This document shows, in pieces, positions 22,100-31,349 of a stretch of DNA of 64,000 bases (its first letter is position 1; every line of letters begins with the position of its first letter). The stretch is from an uncultured Planctomycetaceae bacterium (GTDB lineage Bacteria > Planctomycetota > Planctomycetia > Pirellulales > PALSA-1355): positions 352,001-416,000 of the forward strand of contig CAWAUV010000005.1 in assembly GCA_963785305.1 (NCBI GenBank), read 5' to 3'. A model generated the notes under the pieces. The model saw nothing but the letters and a program-made list of their open reading frames with translations, was not told where the DNA came from and did no database searches. The position numbers and the translations under genes are program-made.

Positions 22100-23371
22100 T
22101 CAGCGGTGCGATGCGCTCGCCTCGATCGCGGCCGGCGAACGCAACGCCGACACCGGCGCGGCCGAAGCCGTCGATGGCCGAGCGGCTGGCGGCGGAGCGA
22201 GCGCCGGCGCCGAACCGTCGGGCTCGCGCCTCAGCAGTTCGCTCAACTGAAACGCATGATACTTTTGCTCGGCGGCCGGTTGGCCATCTTCGCTCGCATT
22301 GGCGACCCAAAATTTCGTGCTCCGCGGGGCGAATAGCACATTGTGCAGGTTCGACCGCATCGCCACCGGGCAGTCCATCAGCCGCAGCGCCGACGCTTCC
22401 GTGAGCGAGCCGTGGCTGCCTTGAGCGCGGCGGACCAACTCTTCATAACGCTTGCCGGCCGAGATCAAAACCGCGTCGGCCACTGGCGTCGGCAACCGCG
22501 GATGCGCTTCGCCGGGCTTCACGGTCGCAAAATCGTCCCAGCGGGCCGCAATGCCCACGGCCTCGTTCGTCTTGCCGTCGGCGATTACATAGTAATACTC
22601 GCAGGTGCGTTTCTGATCGCGAAACAGGGCGATGGCTTGTTCGAGATTGCCCGCCTGCTGGAGCGTCTCGCGCACCAGAATCGCCATCGGCACGCCGGCC
22701 CAGTGTCCGCGGCCGCCGCCGCCCATTTCGCCGATCGACACGTTTTGGGCGTTCATGCCGGTCACCGAGCCGATAAACCCGGCGTAGCTGATGTTGACGA
22801 ATGGAATCTTGCCCTCGGGCGAGGCGACGATAATCACGGCGTGATTCTGCAATCGCCAATCGACCGCGTAGTCGAGCACGCGCCCATGATAGAGCGTGCC
22901 GTCGCTCGTGGCCGAATTCATCACCGCGAAGCCACTGCAATGAAACAGCTCGGGAATGAAATTGCAGGCGCGAATCCGATCGAGCGGTTCATCGGCCCCG
23001 GCGGCCACTCCGGCGAGCTCCTCGTCGTACCACGCCGGAACAAAGCTCCGCTGCGAATGGGCAATCGCATAAATCGCGGCGACGGGATACAGCGGAACCG
23101 GGCCCAGCTTCACCGGCTTGCCCCCTTTTTCGTCGAGCAGATACCGGGCATTGTCGCGCACATGGTCTTTGAGCAGCACGCCATGTTGATAACCCATTTC
23201 GTAGGGCGTGCCCGCGACATGCAGCACAAGGCAGCCATCGACGCGTTCGAGCCATCCCCGACCGCAGCGGGCGATGGTCTCGGCCCGCGCCGCCGAGAGC
23301 GAACCCAGCGCAAGCCCCAGAAGCGCGAGAGCCATGACCAGAATTCGCGGAGCCGATCGGGTGATTTTCAT
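22100..23371 (-). CDS. Secreted C45 family Ntn-hydrolase (acyltransferase/amidase)
   Basis: Signal peptide, GTPYEMGYQHG, ELFH-CSGF (catalytic Cys), HGRVLDY, TGMN. Confidence 0.82.
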   Translation of the reverse strand: MKITRSAPRILVMALALLGLALGSLSAARAETIARCGRGWLERVDGCLVLHVAGTPYEMGYQHGVLLKDHVRDNARYLLDEKGGKPVKLGPVPLYPVAAIYAIAHSQRSFVPAWYDEELAGVAAGADEPLDRIRACNFIPELFHCSGFAVMNSATSDGTLYHGRVLDYAVDWRLQNHAVIIVASPEGKIPFVNISYAGFIGSVTGMNAQNVSIGEMGGGGRGHWAGVPMAILVRETLQQAGNLEQAIALFRDQKRTCEYYYVIADGKTNEAVGIAARWDDFATVKPGEAHPRLPTPVADAVLISAGKRYEELVRRAQGSHGSLTEASALRLMDCPVAMRSNLHNVLFAPRSTKFWVANASEDGQPAAEQKYHAFQLSELLRREPDGSAPALAPPPAARPSTASAAPVSALRSPAAIEASASHR

Positions 23372-23556
23372 GAAATAGCTTCCGGAGCGACGGGCAGAAT
23401 AACGTGTTTCGGGCGCCACGCTGACGCTGGCGAAGCGCCGTGGGCCATTATCGCGATCGGCCACGACGGTTCAATACGGACTTTACCGCTCGGAGCCAAA
23501 ACAACAGGAGAAGCATCGGCTGAAAGTCGGTGAAATATCCGGTCCAGGCGCCACGA

Positions 23557-24483
23557 TTAGAATTCGGCTTCCCAAACGGCGCGAAGCGCGGCCGGATCGA
23601 CGCCTGAGTCGCGAAGGCCGCGGAGCGACATAGCGGCGTCGCGCTTCGCCAGCCGACGGCCGGCCGCGTCGCGAACTAGCGGGCAATGAAAGAATCGTGG
23701 CGGCGCCCAGCCCAGCGCTCGGTAAAGCAGAATCTGACGGGCGGTCGAGGTGAGCAAGTCCTCGCCACGCACCACTTCGGCGATCCGCATCGCATGGTCG
23801 TCGGCCACGACCGCCAATTCATACGACGGAAAGCCATCGCGCCGCCAGACCAGAAAGTCGCCGAAGTCGGCGCCCGCCGTGCGCTTCACCGTGCCGGCCC
23901 GCCCATCGTCGAAGGCGATCACTTGCCCGTCGGGCACGCGAAACCGCCAGTTCATCGCCCCGGGCTCGATAGCCGGGATATTCATTCCCAGCGGCGGCTC
24001 GATGTCCGCCGGCCGAAGCGAGATCGGAAAGATTGCTTCCTCGGCGCCGGCGCTGGCGCCGCTGAGCGCAGCGCCGTGAGCGCCGCTCGGTTCATCGTGC
24101 GGAGCGAGTAAAGCGCCGGCGATGTCTTTTCGCGAATGCGGGCTCGGGTAGATATATCCGCCCGCGGCGAGTGATCGCCACGCCTCGCGGTACATGGCGA
24201 GCCGTTCGCTTTGCACATAAGGCCCAGAGGCGCCGCCCACATCGGGGCCTTCTTGCCAGGCGAGCCCCAGCCAGCGCAAGTCTTCGAGCATCGTCGCGGC
24301 GAATTCCGGTCGACAGCGATCCGGATCCAGATTTTCGTTTCGCAGCACAAGCACGCCTCGATGCTGTTCGGAGCGGCGCTGCGAAATCCAGAACGTGCGG
24401 CCGTGTCCCAAATGCAGGTAGCCGCTTGGAGTGGGAGCAATGCGGCCGCGATAAGGCTTGGCTTGCGATTCGGCTGGAGACAT
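23557..24483 (-). CDS. gluQ: tRNA glutamyl-Q(34) synthetase
   Basis: RIAPTPSGYLHLGH, YVQSER, GDFLVWRRDG..YELAVVADD, RGEDLL, LAKR; no anticodon-binding domain. Confidence 0.9.
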   Translation of the reverse strand: MSPAESQAKPYRGRIAPTPSGYLHLGHGRTFWISQRRSEQHRGVLVLRNENLDPDRCRPEFAATMLEDLRWLGLAWQEGPDVGGASGPYVQSERLAMYREAWRSLAAGGYIYPSPHSRKDIAGALLAPHDEPSGAHGAALSGASAGAEEAIFPISLRPADIEPPLGMNIPAIEPGAMNWRFRVPDGQVIAFDDGRAGTVKRTAGADFGDFLVWRRDGFPSYELAVVADDHAMRIAEVVRGEDLLTSTARQILLYRALGWAPPRFFHCPLVRDAAGRRLAKRDAAMSLRGLRDSGVDPAALRAVWEAEF

Positions 24484-24587
24484 AGGCGTTTTTCTTGGAA
24501 TGAGCCCCCACGCGCCGCGGAGCGGCGGGCAATAGCAAGCCGCTCGCCGTTGGAGGAGATGATAAACGAAACTGGGACCAGTTCAGC

Positions 24588-25805
24588 TTATGCGGCGGTG
24601 GCGAGGGGGGTGGAGCGGCGGTGGAAGGGGTGGCCGGGGCGTTGCGAGAGGTAGTCCTTGAGCCGGCCGTCGTCGCTGAGGGCGGCGGCGCGGAGCTGCA
24701 AGATCGCTTCCGCTCCGTCGGGATCGTCCCAGAACATTTCGGTCCCTTTCACGCGCAGGTTCATCTGTTTGATCAGCGACTCCATCGGCGCGCTGGTGAC
24801 CGGCAGGCCCAGGCGGCGATAGCTGGGATAGTCCATCCGCTGGCGATTGTTCGTCAAGTACCGCACGGCGTCGACGAGCGCTTTCTCCGCGTCACTGGGT
24901 TTCGTATCTTCCCAGTCGATGCCCCGGGCGAGGCAGGCTTGCTTGATCTCGTCGATCACGTGATCGACCTGGCCTTGCCAGCACCAGGTGACGAACTTTA
25001 GATAGAGCGACCAACCCTCCGCATCGTTGGCGGCCAGCGCCAGCGCCGCGCGGTAAACGTATTGAATCGCATGAATGAAGTCGAGGACGGGCGTGAACGT
25101 CGGAAAATGTTTTTTCCAGATCGACCAGTTCCAGTTCAGGCCATCACCGAGGAAGACCCGTAAAGGAGAATCGTAGAACCGGCGCCGCTGGGCTTCGCGC
25201 CGCATCAGCGGGCCGAAATCCTCCGAGCAGGACATACTGCTCAGCGCCGTGCGCAGCACGCGCCGCGGGCCTTCGTACTTCACGCGGCGGGGTTTCTCGG
25301 CGGCGGATTCTTCGCCGGGCGAATCGAGGCGGGGAACCGCTTTTTCCGCGATATTCGCCACTTTTTTCGCGATGCGAAAGGAAGTCGGCAACTCGGGGCA
25401 AGCGTCTTCGTCCGCGACATGCCGCGGGTTGAGAGACATTCGCTCGAACGAAGCGTTCTTCGTTTCGCGCCAGCCTTTCTCGCCCGACGGCACGACGCCG
25501 CGTCCCCGGCCCGGCTCGCGCGTGCGAATGCGGCCGCCGTCGCAAGAGACCACCGCCGCTTCCGGCACGACGACTTCCTTGACGACTTTTTTATTGTCGC
25601 TGGGCGCCGGCAGTGCCTTCCCGTCGGCCAGTTCCTGGCCCACCTGTTTCACCAAACGCCGAATCGTGCTGCAGGGAACTTTGTGTCCCAGCACTTGCTC
25701 GGTGGTCACTTCCGCGCGCTTGAACGAACGGACTTCCGCGGCTAGGCAGACCACGGCTCGCGTCAACTCGGGCGTGACCTCGCGGCTATCGAGTCCCAAC
25801 GTCAA
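24588..25805 (-). CDS. Transposase catalytic part (ISKra4/UPF0236-like DDE)
   Basis: SCDGG, FLGDG..W.W, LDFIHA, YLTNN..RMDYPSYRRLGLPVTSAPMESLIK, GAEAILQLRA. Confidence 0.9.
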   Translation of the reverse strand: MTLGLDSREVTPELTRAVVCLAAEVRSFKRAEVTTEQVLGHKVPCSTIRRLVKQVGQELADGKALPAPSDNKKVVKEVVVPEAAVVSCDGGRIRTREPGRGRGVVPSGEKGWRETKNASFERMSLNPRHVADEDACPELPTSFRIAKKVANIAEKAVPRLDSPGEESAAEKPRRVKYEGPRRVLRTALSSMSCSEDFGPLMRREAQRRRFYDSPLRVFLGDGLNWNWSIWKKHFPTFTPVLDFIHAIQYVYRAALALAANDAEGWSLYLKFVTWCWQGQVDHVIDEIKQACLARGIDWEDTKPSDAEKALVDAVRYLTNNRQRMDYPSYRRLGLPVTSAPMESLIKQMNLRVKGTEMFWDDPDGAEAILQLRAAALSDDGRLKDYLSQRPGHPFHRRSTPLATAA

Positions 25806-26160
25806 CCGCTGAGGGAAAAAAAGACCGCCGGCAGCGGTCGCAGTAAGCGGTCGTCTCGGTCACCTCGACCCGGCCATCCAGGCTGGTGACCGGCCTCGTT
25901 GCGGTTTGCACGCGGCACGACGCTCCGCAGGTGGGGCAGTTCGCTTCCGTCGGGCAGCTCGCGGCGACTTCACGCATCGCTCGCTCTTGGGCTTCACGGC
26001 TCAACTCGCGGCCGAGCGTGATAGCATACCGCTCGATGACGCTATAGTGCGGCGTGCCGAGGAACGCCCCCTGCTCGACCATCTCCTCGATTCCCAGTTC
26101 GGCCAGTTCCCGCAAAAGTTCCTTCCTCCTGGCCTCGCGGGCCTGCATCGCGGCGTCCAT
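25786..26160 (-). CDS. Transposase N-terminal part with zinc ribbon, probably joined to the downstream ORF by frameshift
   Basis: CPTCG...YCDRCRRSFFP; overlaps the catalytic ORF at a T7-CCC run; GGAG RBS upstream. Confidence 0.8.
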   Translation of the reverse strand: MDAAMQAREARRKELLRELAELGIEEMVEQGAFLGTPHYSVIERYAITLGRELSREAQERAMREVAASCPTEANCPTCGASCRVQTATRPVTSLDGRVEVTETTAYCDRCRRSFFPSAVDVGTR

Positions 26161-26393
26161 GCCTAGCGCTCCTTAAGCAAGTTTCGTTCACCGATCAAAT
26201 CCACCTCGCCCAGCTTACCACACAAACCCCGAATTCTCCTATTGACGTTTCCACATCCACCCCCCAACCCGCAAAAGCTGAACTGGTCCCAACGAAACTT
26301 CGACCGCGTTTCATCCCTGGCGGCGTGCCCGGCCGGGGATTAGGATTCCCCGAGGAACTTTTGTAATGTTTTTTTTGCGGGGACTGTCTCGCC

Positions 26394-27142
26394 GTGGCTG
26401 AAACCTATTTGATCCTCGGAGCGACCTCTGGCATGGCTCGCGCGCTGGCCCGTGTTCTGGCGGCCCGGGGAACGCGGCTCGTTTTGGCGGGTCGCGACTC
26501 CGCGGAACTTGGCCGGCTCGAAGCCGATTTGAAGACCCGCTTCGCGACGCCGGTAGCCTGCGTGGAATTCGAGGCCCTCGACTTCGCGAGCCATGGACTG
26601 GTGGTCGAGGCGCGGCCGCCGCGTTTTCCGAGGGGCTCGACGGCGCGGTGCTCTGCCATGGAATGATGGTGGACCAAGACATCGCCGAGCAGGACTTCGC
26701 CCAAGCGCGCCAGATGATCGATGTGAACTTCACCTCGGCGGTGTCGATTTTGGGATGCTTGGCCGATTACTTTCGCGGCCGGCGGAGCGGCGTGATCGCG
26801 GCGATTTCGAGCGTGGCCGGTGATCGCGGGCGGCAAAGCAATTTTATCTACGGCGCCACGAAGGCGGGTCTCACGGTCTACCTGGCCGGGCTTCGCAATC
26901 GCTTGCATCCACTGGGAGTGCATGTGCTCACGATCAAACCCGGCTTCGTCGCCACGGCGATGACCGTGGGCCGGGTGAACCCGAACTCGCCATTGATGGC
27001 CACGCCCGAGCGAGTCGCGGCCGACATCGATCGTGCGCTTCGCCGCCGGCGCGATGTGCTCTACACGCCGTGGTTTTGGCGGTGGGTGATGCTGATTATT
27101 CGCGCCGTGCCGGAGCGACTTTTCAAACGGCTGAAGCTGTAG
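26394..27142 (+). CDS. SDR family oxidoreductase (DprE2-like); frameshift near 26610
   Basis: ILGATSGMA, SSVAGDRGRQSNFIYGATK (YxxxK), IKPGFV. Confidence 0.88.
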
Positions 27143-27193
27143 ATGCTTCGCGGGTCGGTCGAGCGCGTTTCACGCGGATGGCCCCCGCCGGGA

Positions 27194-27721
27194 TCAGGCT
27201 TCGAAGGAGATGCTGTCGGCCGTGGCCCGATCCGAGGCGTGAAACTCGGCGCCGCGGTGATGTGGCGCCGGCGGTCTCACGCGGGGCGCGATCGGGGCGG
27301 GGTCGGCCATCGCGGGGTCGGACATGGCGGAGCCATCGTTCAGCCGGCTACCGTATTTCTCGCATGCCAAGCGCCATGTTTCGCGCTCGACAAGCAAGAT
27401 TCGCACCGCATCGGTTAGCGCTTCGGCGTCGTGGCGCAAATGCGCGAGCACCAGCGACTTATAGACAAACCCGTAGACTGCGGCCATTTGAACGGCGAGG
27501 CGCGGATGCTCGAAATAGTTGAGATCGGCGATCAGCCGGGCCATGATTCGCTGGGCATGCAGCAGCGCGTCGGCCACCGCGGCCGCGGCGCCCGACTTCC
27601 AAAATCCCTCGGCCCGCTTGCAGGAACGGAGCGCGCCCTCAATGAGCATCAGTTGCAACTTCTGAGGCGCCGCGGTCAGGACTTGCGTCGTAAAATATTC
27701 GTCGCTGGCGCTGAACTGCAT
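27194..27721 (-). CDS. fliS: Flagellar export chaperone FliS
   Basis: YFTTQVLTAAPQKLQLMLIEGALR, AAVYGFV, ERETW; directly downstream of fliD. Confidence 0.88.
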   Translation of the reverse strand: MQFSASDEYFTTQVLTAAPQKLQLMLIEGALRSCKRAEGFWKSGAAAAVADALLHAQRIMARLIADLNYFEHPRLAVQMAAVYGFVYKSLVLAHLRHDAEALTDAVRILLVERETWRLACEKYGSRLNDGSAMSDPAMADPAPIAPRVRPPAPHHRGAEFHASDRATADSISFEA

Positions 27722-27801
27722 GGTAGGACTCGCTGGGGGTTCGAGGGGTCGAGATCAACTGGGAATCGGGCTCTCGGTCCGTGGCGCGGCGGCGCCTGTC
27801 A

Positions 27802-30800
27802 TCAACCAAAGCCGCTGCTGATATTGCTGGCCGTATTGGCGAGACTGGCGCTGCTGGCGGTAGCCGCGGTGCTGGCGGCTGTTTGCACATTGTTGATTTC
27901 GTCGAATGTCTGGATCGAGGTGAGCGCTTCCTGATTCGACTGCAACTGCGCCACGACGATTTCCGCTTGATCGAATTGGGCGGTCAACCGCGCGCTTTCT
28001 TCGTTCAACGACGCTTGCAACGACGTGATCCGGGCTTGGTTGGCCGTGATCTGGCTCGTGATGCCGGTGTTGGCGTTGCCGAGCAGCGAATTCTTGGGGC
28101 CGGCGAGTTGCGCGACAAGCGTATTGAACTGCGCCGCCGCGCCGGTGTTGGCGGTGGAAAACAGATTCTGCACATCCGTCGGATCTTGGCCGTAGGCGTT
28201 TTGCAAGGTGGTGGTGTTGAGGCTCAGCGTGCCGGTTTGGCTCAAGGTGAATCCGAGCTGCGCGAGCGAGCTGTAGGCGCCGGAGCTCGTGAACGCGCTG
28301 GTCAATAAATTTCCCACTTGCGATTGCACCGCGATCGCCGCGTTGCTGCCGTTGAGCACGGCGCCGGTGTTGGTCGTGGTGTTGAACGCGGTGTCGGTGG
28401 AAATCGTGCTCATCAGCGTGTTGTAATCGCTGACAAATGTCTGGGCGGCGCTCGACGAGCGCCGAACTATTAGACGCCACCGTCACCGTCACCGGCGTGG
28501 TCGAGGGCGCCACCACGGTGAATGACAAATTGGGCACCAAATTGCCGAAGGTGTTCGAACTCGATGATGCAATCGCGCCTCCGCCGCCGGGTGATCCAAA
28601 CTGCACGAGCGCGTTTTGAGCCGCGGCGGTTTCGTTGAGCGAAAACGAGGCATTGCTCGTGTCGACTGCCAGTTCGCTCGACGCCCCCGCGCCTTGGTTG
28701 AAGATCGTGAATTGATAGGGGTTCGTGGATGTGCCGTTGTTGAATTCCGTCGCCTGGACATTCAGGCCGCTGCTGTTGATTTTTTGAATCAAGGTTTGCA
28801 GGGTGTCGGCGGATGTAATGTTCACGGTGACGACGTTCGACCCGGTGACAACCTGATGGCTTTTGCCGCCAATCGTTTGAGTTGACTCGGCCCCGAGCAA
28901 GTGGAGATCGGCGGCCGTGCTCCCGGTGGCCGAGGCGATCGAGAGCGAGCCGGCGCCACCAGCGTTGTCGACGATTTGAATTCCATCGCCGTTCGGATCA
29001 AGGCTGGCCTGAACATCGGCGCCCGAATTGTTGATGGCGGAGATCAATTCGCCCACCGTGGTGATGGAGCTGTTGACGTTGACCGTAGCCTTGGCGCCGC
29101 CGGAGTCGGTGATCGTGAAGCTGCCTGTGCCCACGCCCGAGCCGCCATTGAGGCTGGCGAGCGTGGTGCTGTCGGTAACGAATTGCAGATGCAGGCTGCC
29201 GCTGTTGACGCTCGTCGTGGCGGCGTTCGTGGCGATGCCGAGCGCCGTGGCCGAATCGGTTCCATCGGCGTTGGCCACGATCAGGTTGCTCGCGGTCGAG
29301 CCGGTGGTGTCGGTGAGTTGGATGCCGTTGCGACCGGCGTTGACACTGGCCGTGATGCCGAGCCCGGCGGAGTTGATATCGTTGATCACGTCGCCCAGGG
29401 TCGTGGCGCCCGCGAGATTCACGGTCGCCGAGGCGCCCGAGCGATCGGTGAACGAGATTTCGCCGAGCGGCCCGATGCCGGCTCCGCCGTTGAGGTCCTT
29501 GAGCAGCACGGTATTGAGCCCGCCGAGCACGGTGTCGCCGGTAATCGTGCCGCCGGAGGCGGTGTTGTCGAGGCCCAACTCGGCGGCCACCCGCGAGTTG
29601 TTCAAATCCGAGATACTGAATGTTCCGGAGCCGCTGGTCAGGTCCCGCACCACGATCTGATTGCCGGAGATCGAGGCGCTGATCTTACCGGGCGCCGCGT
29701 TGTTAATGGCGTCGAGTAGATTTTGCACCGTGGTATCGGCGCCGGCGGCATTGGGCTCGATGACTTGGCCGCCGGTGGTGGTGGCGTTGTCGCTGGTCGA
29801 GACCACGCCCGAGCCGTTGCTGCCGCTGGCCAGCGAGGCGGTGAACAGCGAACTGACCGACGACGTGGAATTGATGGCATGAATCACATCGCTGGCCGTG
29901 GACGCGCCTTGGGCGATGTCGACCGTGAGCGTCTTGCTCGTGGAGTCGTAGCTCGCGGTTTCATGGCCAGCCGTGATCGAGGGATCGTTCACGAAATTGA
30001 GTTGCACTCCGTCGTAGGCGTCGCCACCATTGACGGCCGTGAGCGTGAGCTTGGCGTTGCTTCCATTCGTGCCGATGGTCGTGGCCGAAGCTTGCGGGGC
30101 GCTCAGCACCGCCACATCGCTCGCGCTGACGGTTCCCGAGCCGTCGCTGCCGGGCGCGTTCGAAGCGGTGAACAGATTGGCGACGGTCGAGTTGCCCTCG
30201 ATCGCGGCGATTACGTCGTTGGCCGTCGACTGCGCGGAGACATCGACCACGACCGACTGGGTGCTGGCGTTGAAGCTCACGGTTTCGCTGCCGGCCGTGA
30301 TCGCCGGGTTCTCGACGAACGAAAGCGTGGTTCCAAGATAGGCCGAGCCGGCCGTGTTGGCGGTGAATAGGATGCTGGCGTTGGAATTCGCGGCCTTGGT
30401 GGTTCCGCTGATCGTGGTGCCAGTGACGGGCAATTGATTGAGATTGACGTTTGCTTGCGTGCCATCGGCCAGCGAGATGCTTAGGTCCGGCAGCGCGTTG
30501 TCGGTTTGGATGCCCAGGCCATCGTTGAGCTGGCTGAGCGCGGTGCTGCCCGAGAGATAATACACCGCGCTGCCGGTGGCGGTGTTGCTGGCGACATTCA
30601 CGCTGCCCAGGCCCAAGGCTTCGGCAGTCGATCCGCCGTTGACATCTTGCACTTTAAGATTACCGCTGGTGCTGCCAGTGGTGTCGGTGAGCACCAAGCT
30701 AGCGCCCGTGATCGATGCTTTGACGCCGACCGAGCCGTTGCTGTTGATCGCGTTGACGACATCGCCAATGGTTTGCGCCGCCGAAAGATTGACGACCGCC

Positions 30801-31315
30801 GACTTGCCGCTGCGATCGGTGATCTCGATGCTGCCCTGCGGCACGCCGGCGCCGCCGTTGAGCTCGCTCAAGCTGATGTCGGGATTGACGAATCCGCCGT
30901 ACTGAAAACTCACGGAGCCGGCGCCGATCGGCTGCGAGTTGCTGGCGAACGACGAACTTTGCAATTGCTGCGACTGGGCCAATTGCAGGGGGGTGAATTG
31001 ATACGTGCCCGGCGTGGCGGCGCCGGTCGAGGTGGCGGTGAGCGCCGAAGGATTGCTGCTGTTGATCGAATTCGAGGCGTAGGTGCTCGAAGCGCCGAGC
31101 GCGGTGGCGTCGTTGCCGAGCGCCGTCAGTTCGGCTTGAATCTGGGTATACGCGGTCTGCTGATTGGTGAGCGTGGTGTCGGCGGCGGTCAGCGAATTGA
31201 GCGGACCCGAGTCGAGGCTCACCAGCTTTTGGACCGTCGACGCAATCGGAAAGCCGGTGACGAGACCGACTCCGCTCGAGATCGCGCTTACGCCGGTAGT
31301 GCTGCCCGTCGACAT
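27802..31315 (-). CDS. fliD: Flagellar filament cap protein FliD, unusually long (about 1170 aa); frameshift near 28450
   Basis: N-terminal GLVTGFPIASTVQKLV, QLAQSQQLQS; C-terminal SSSNTF, SLAQLG, RLTAQF in ORF 27802..28413; followed by fliS. Confidence 0.85.
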
Positions 31316-31349
31316 CGCCTACCCGCTCCCATTGCCCGTCGCAACTCGA

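Larger units (their letters stand above)
24574..26290 (-). mobile_element. Complete 1717-bp insertion sequence, ISKra4/IS256-superfamily-like
   Basis: TIRs GGGACCAGTTCAGCTT(A/T)TGCGG at 24574-24595 and 26269-26290 (21/22 identical); 9-bp direct repeat AACGAAACT at 24565-24573 and 26291-26299; encodes a DDE transposase. Confidence 0.93.
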
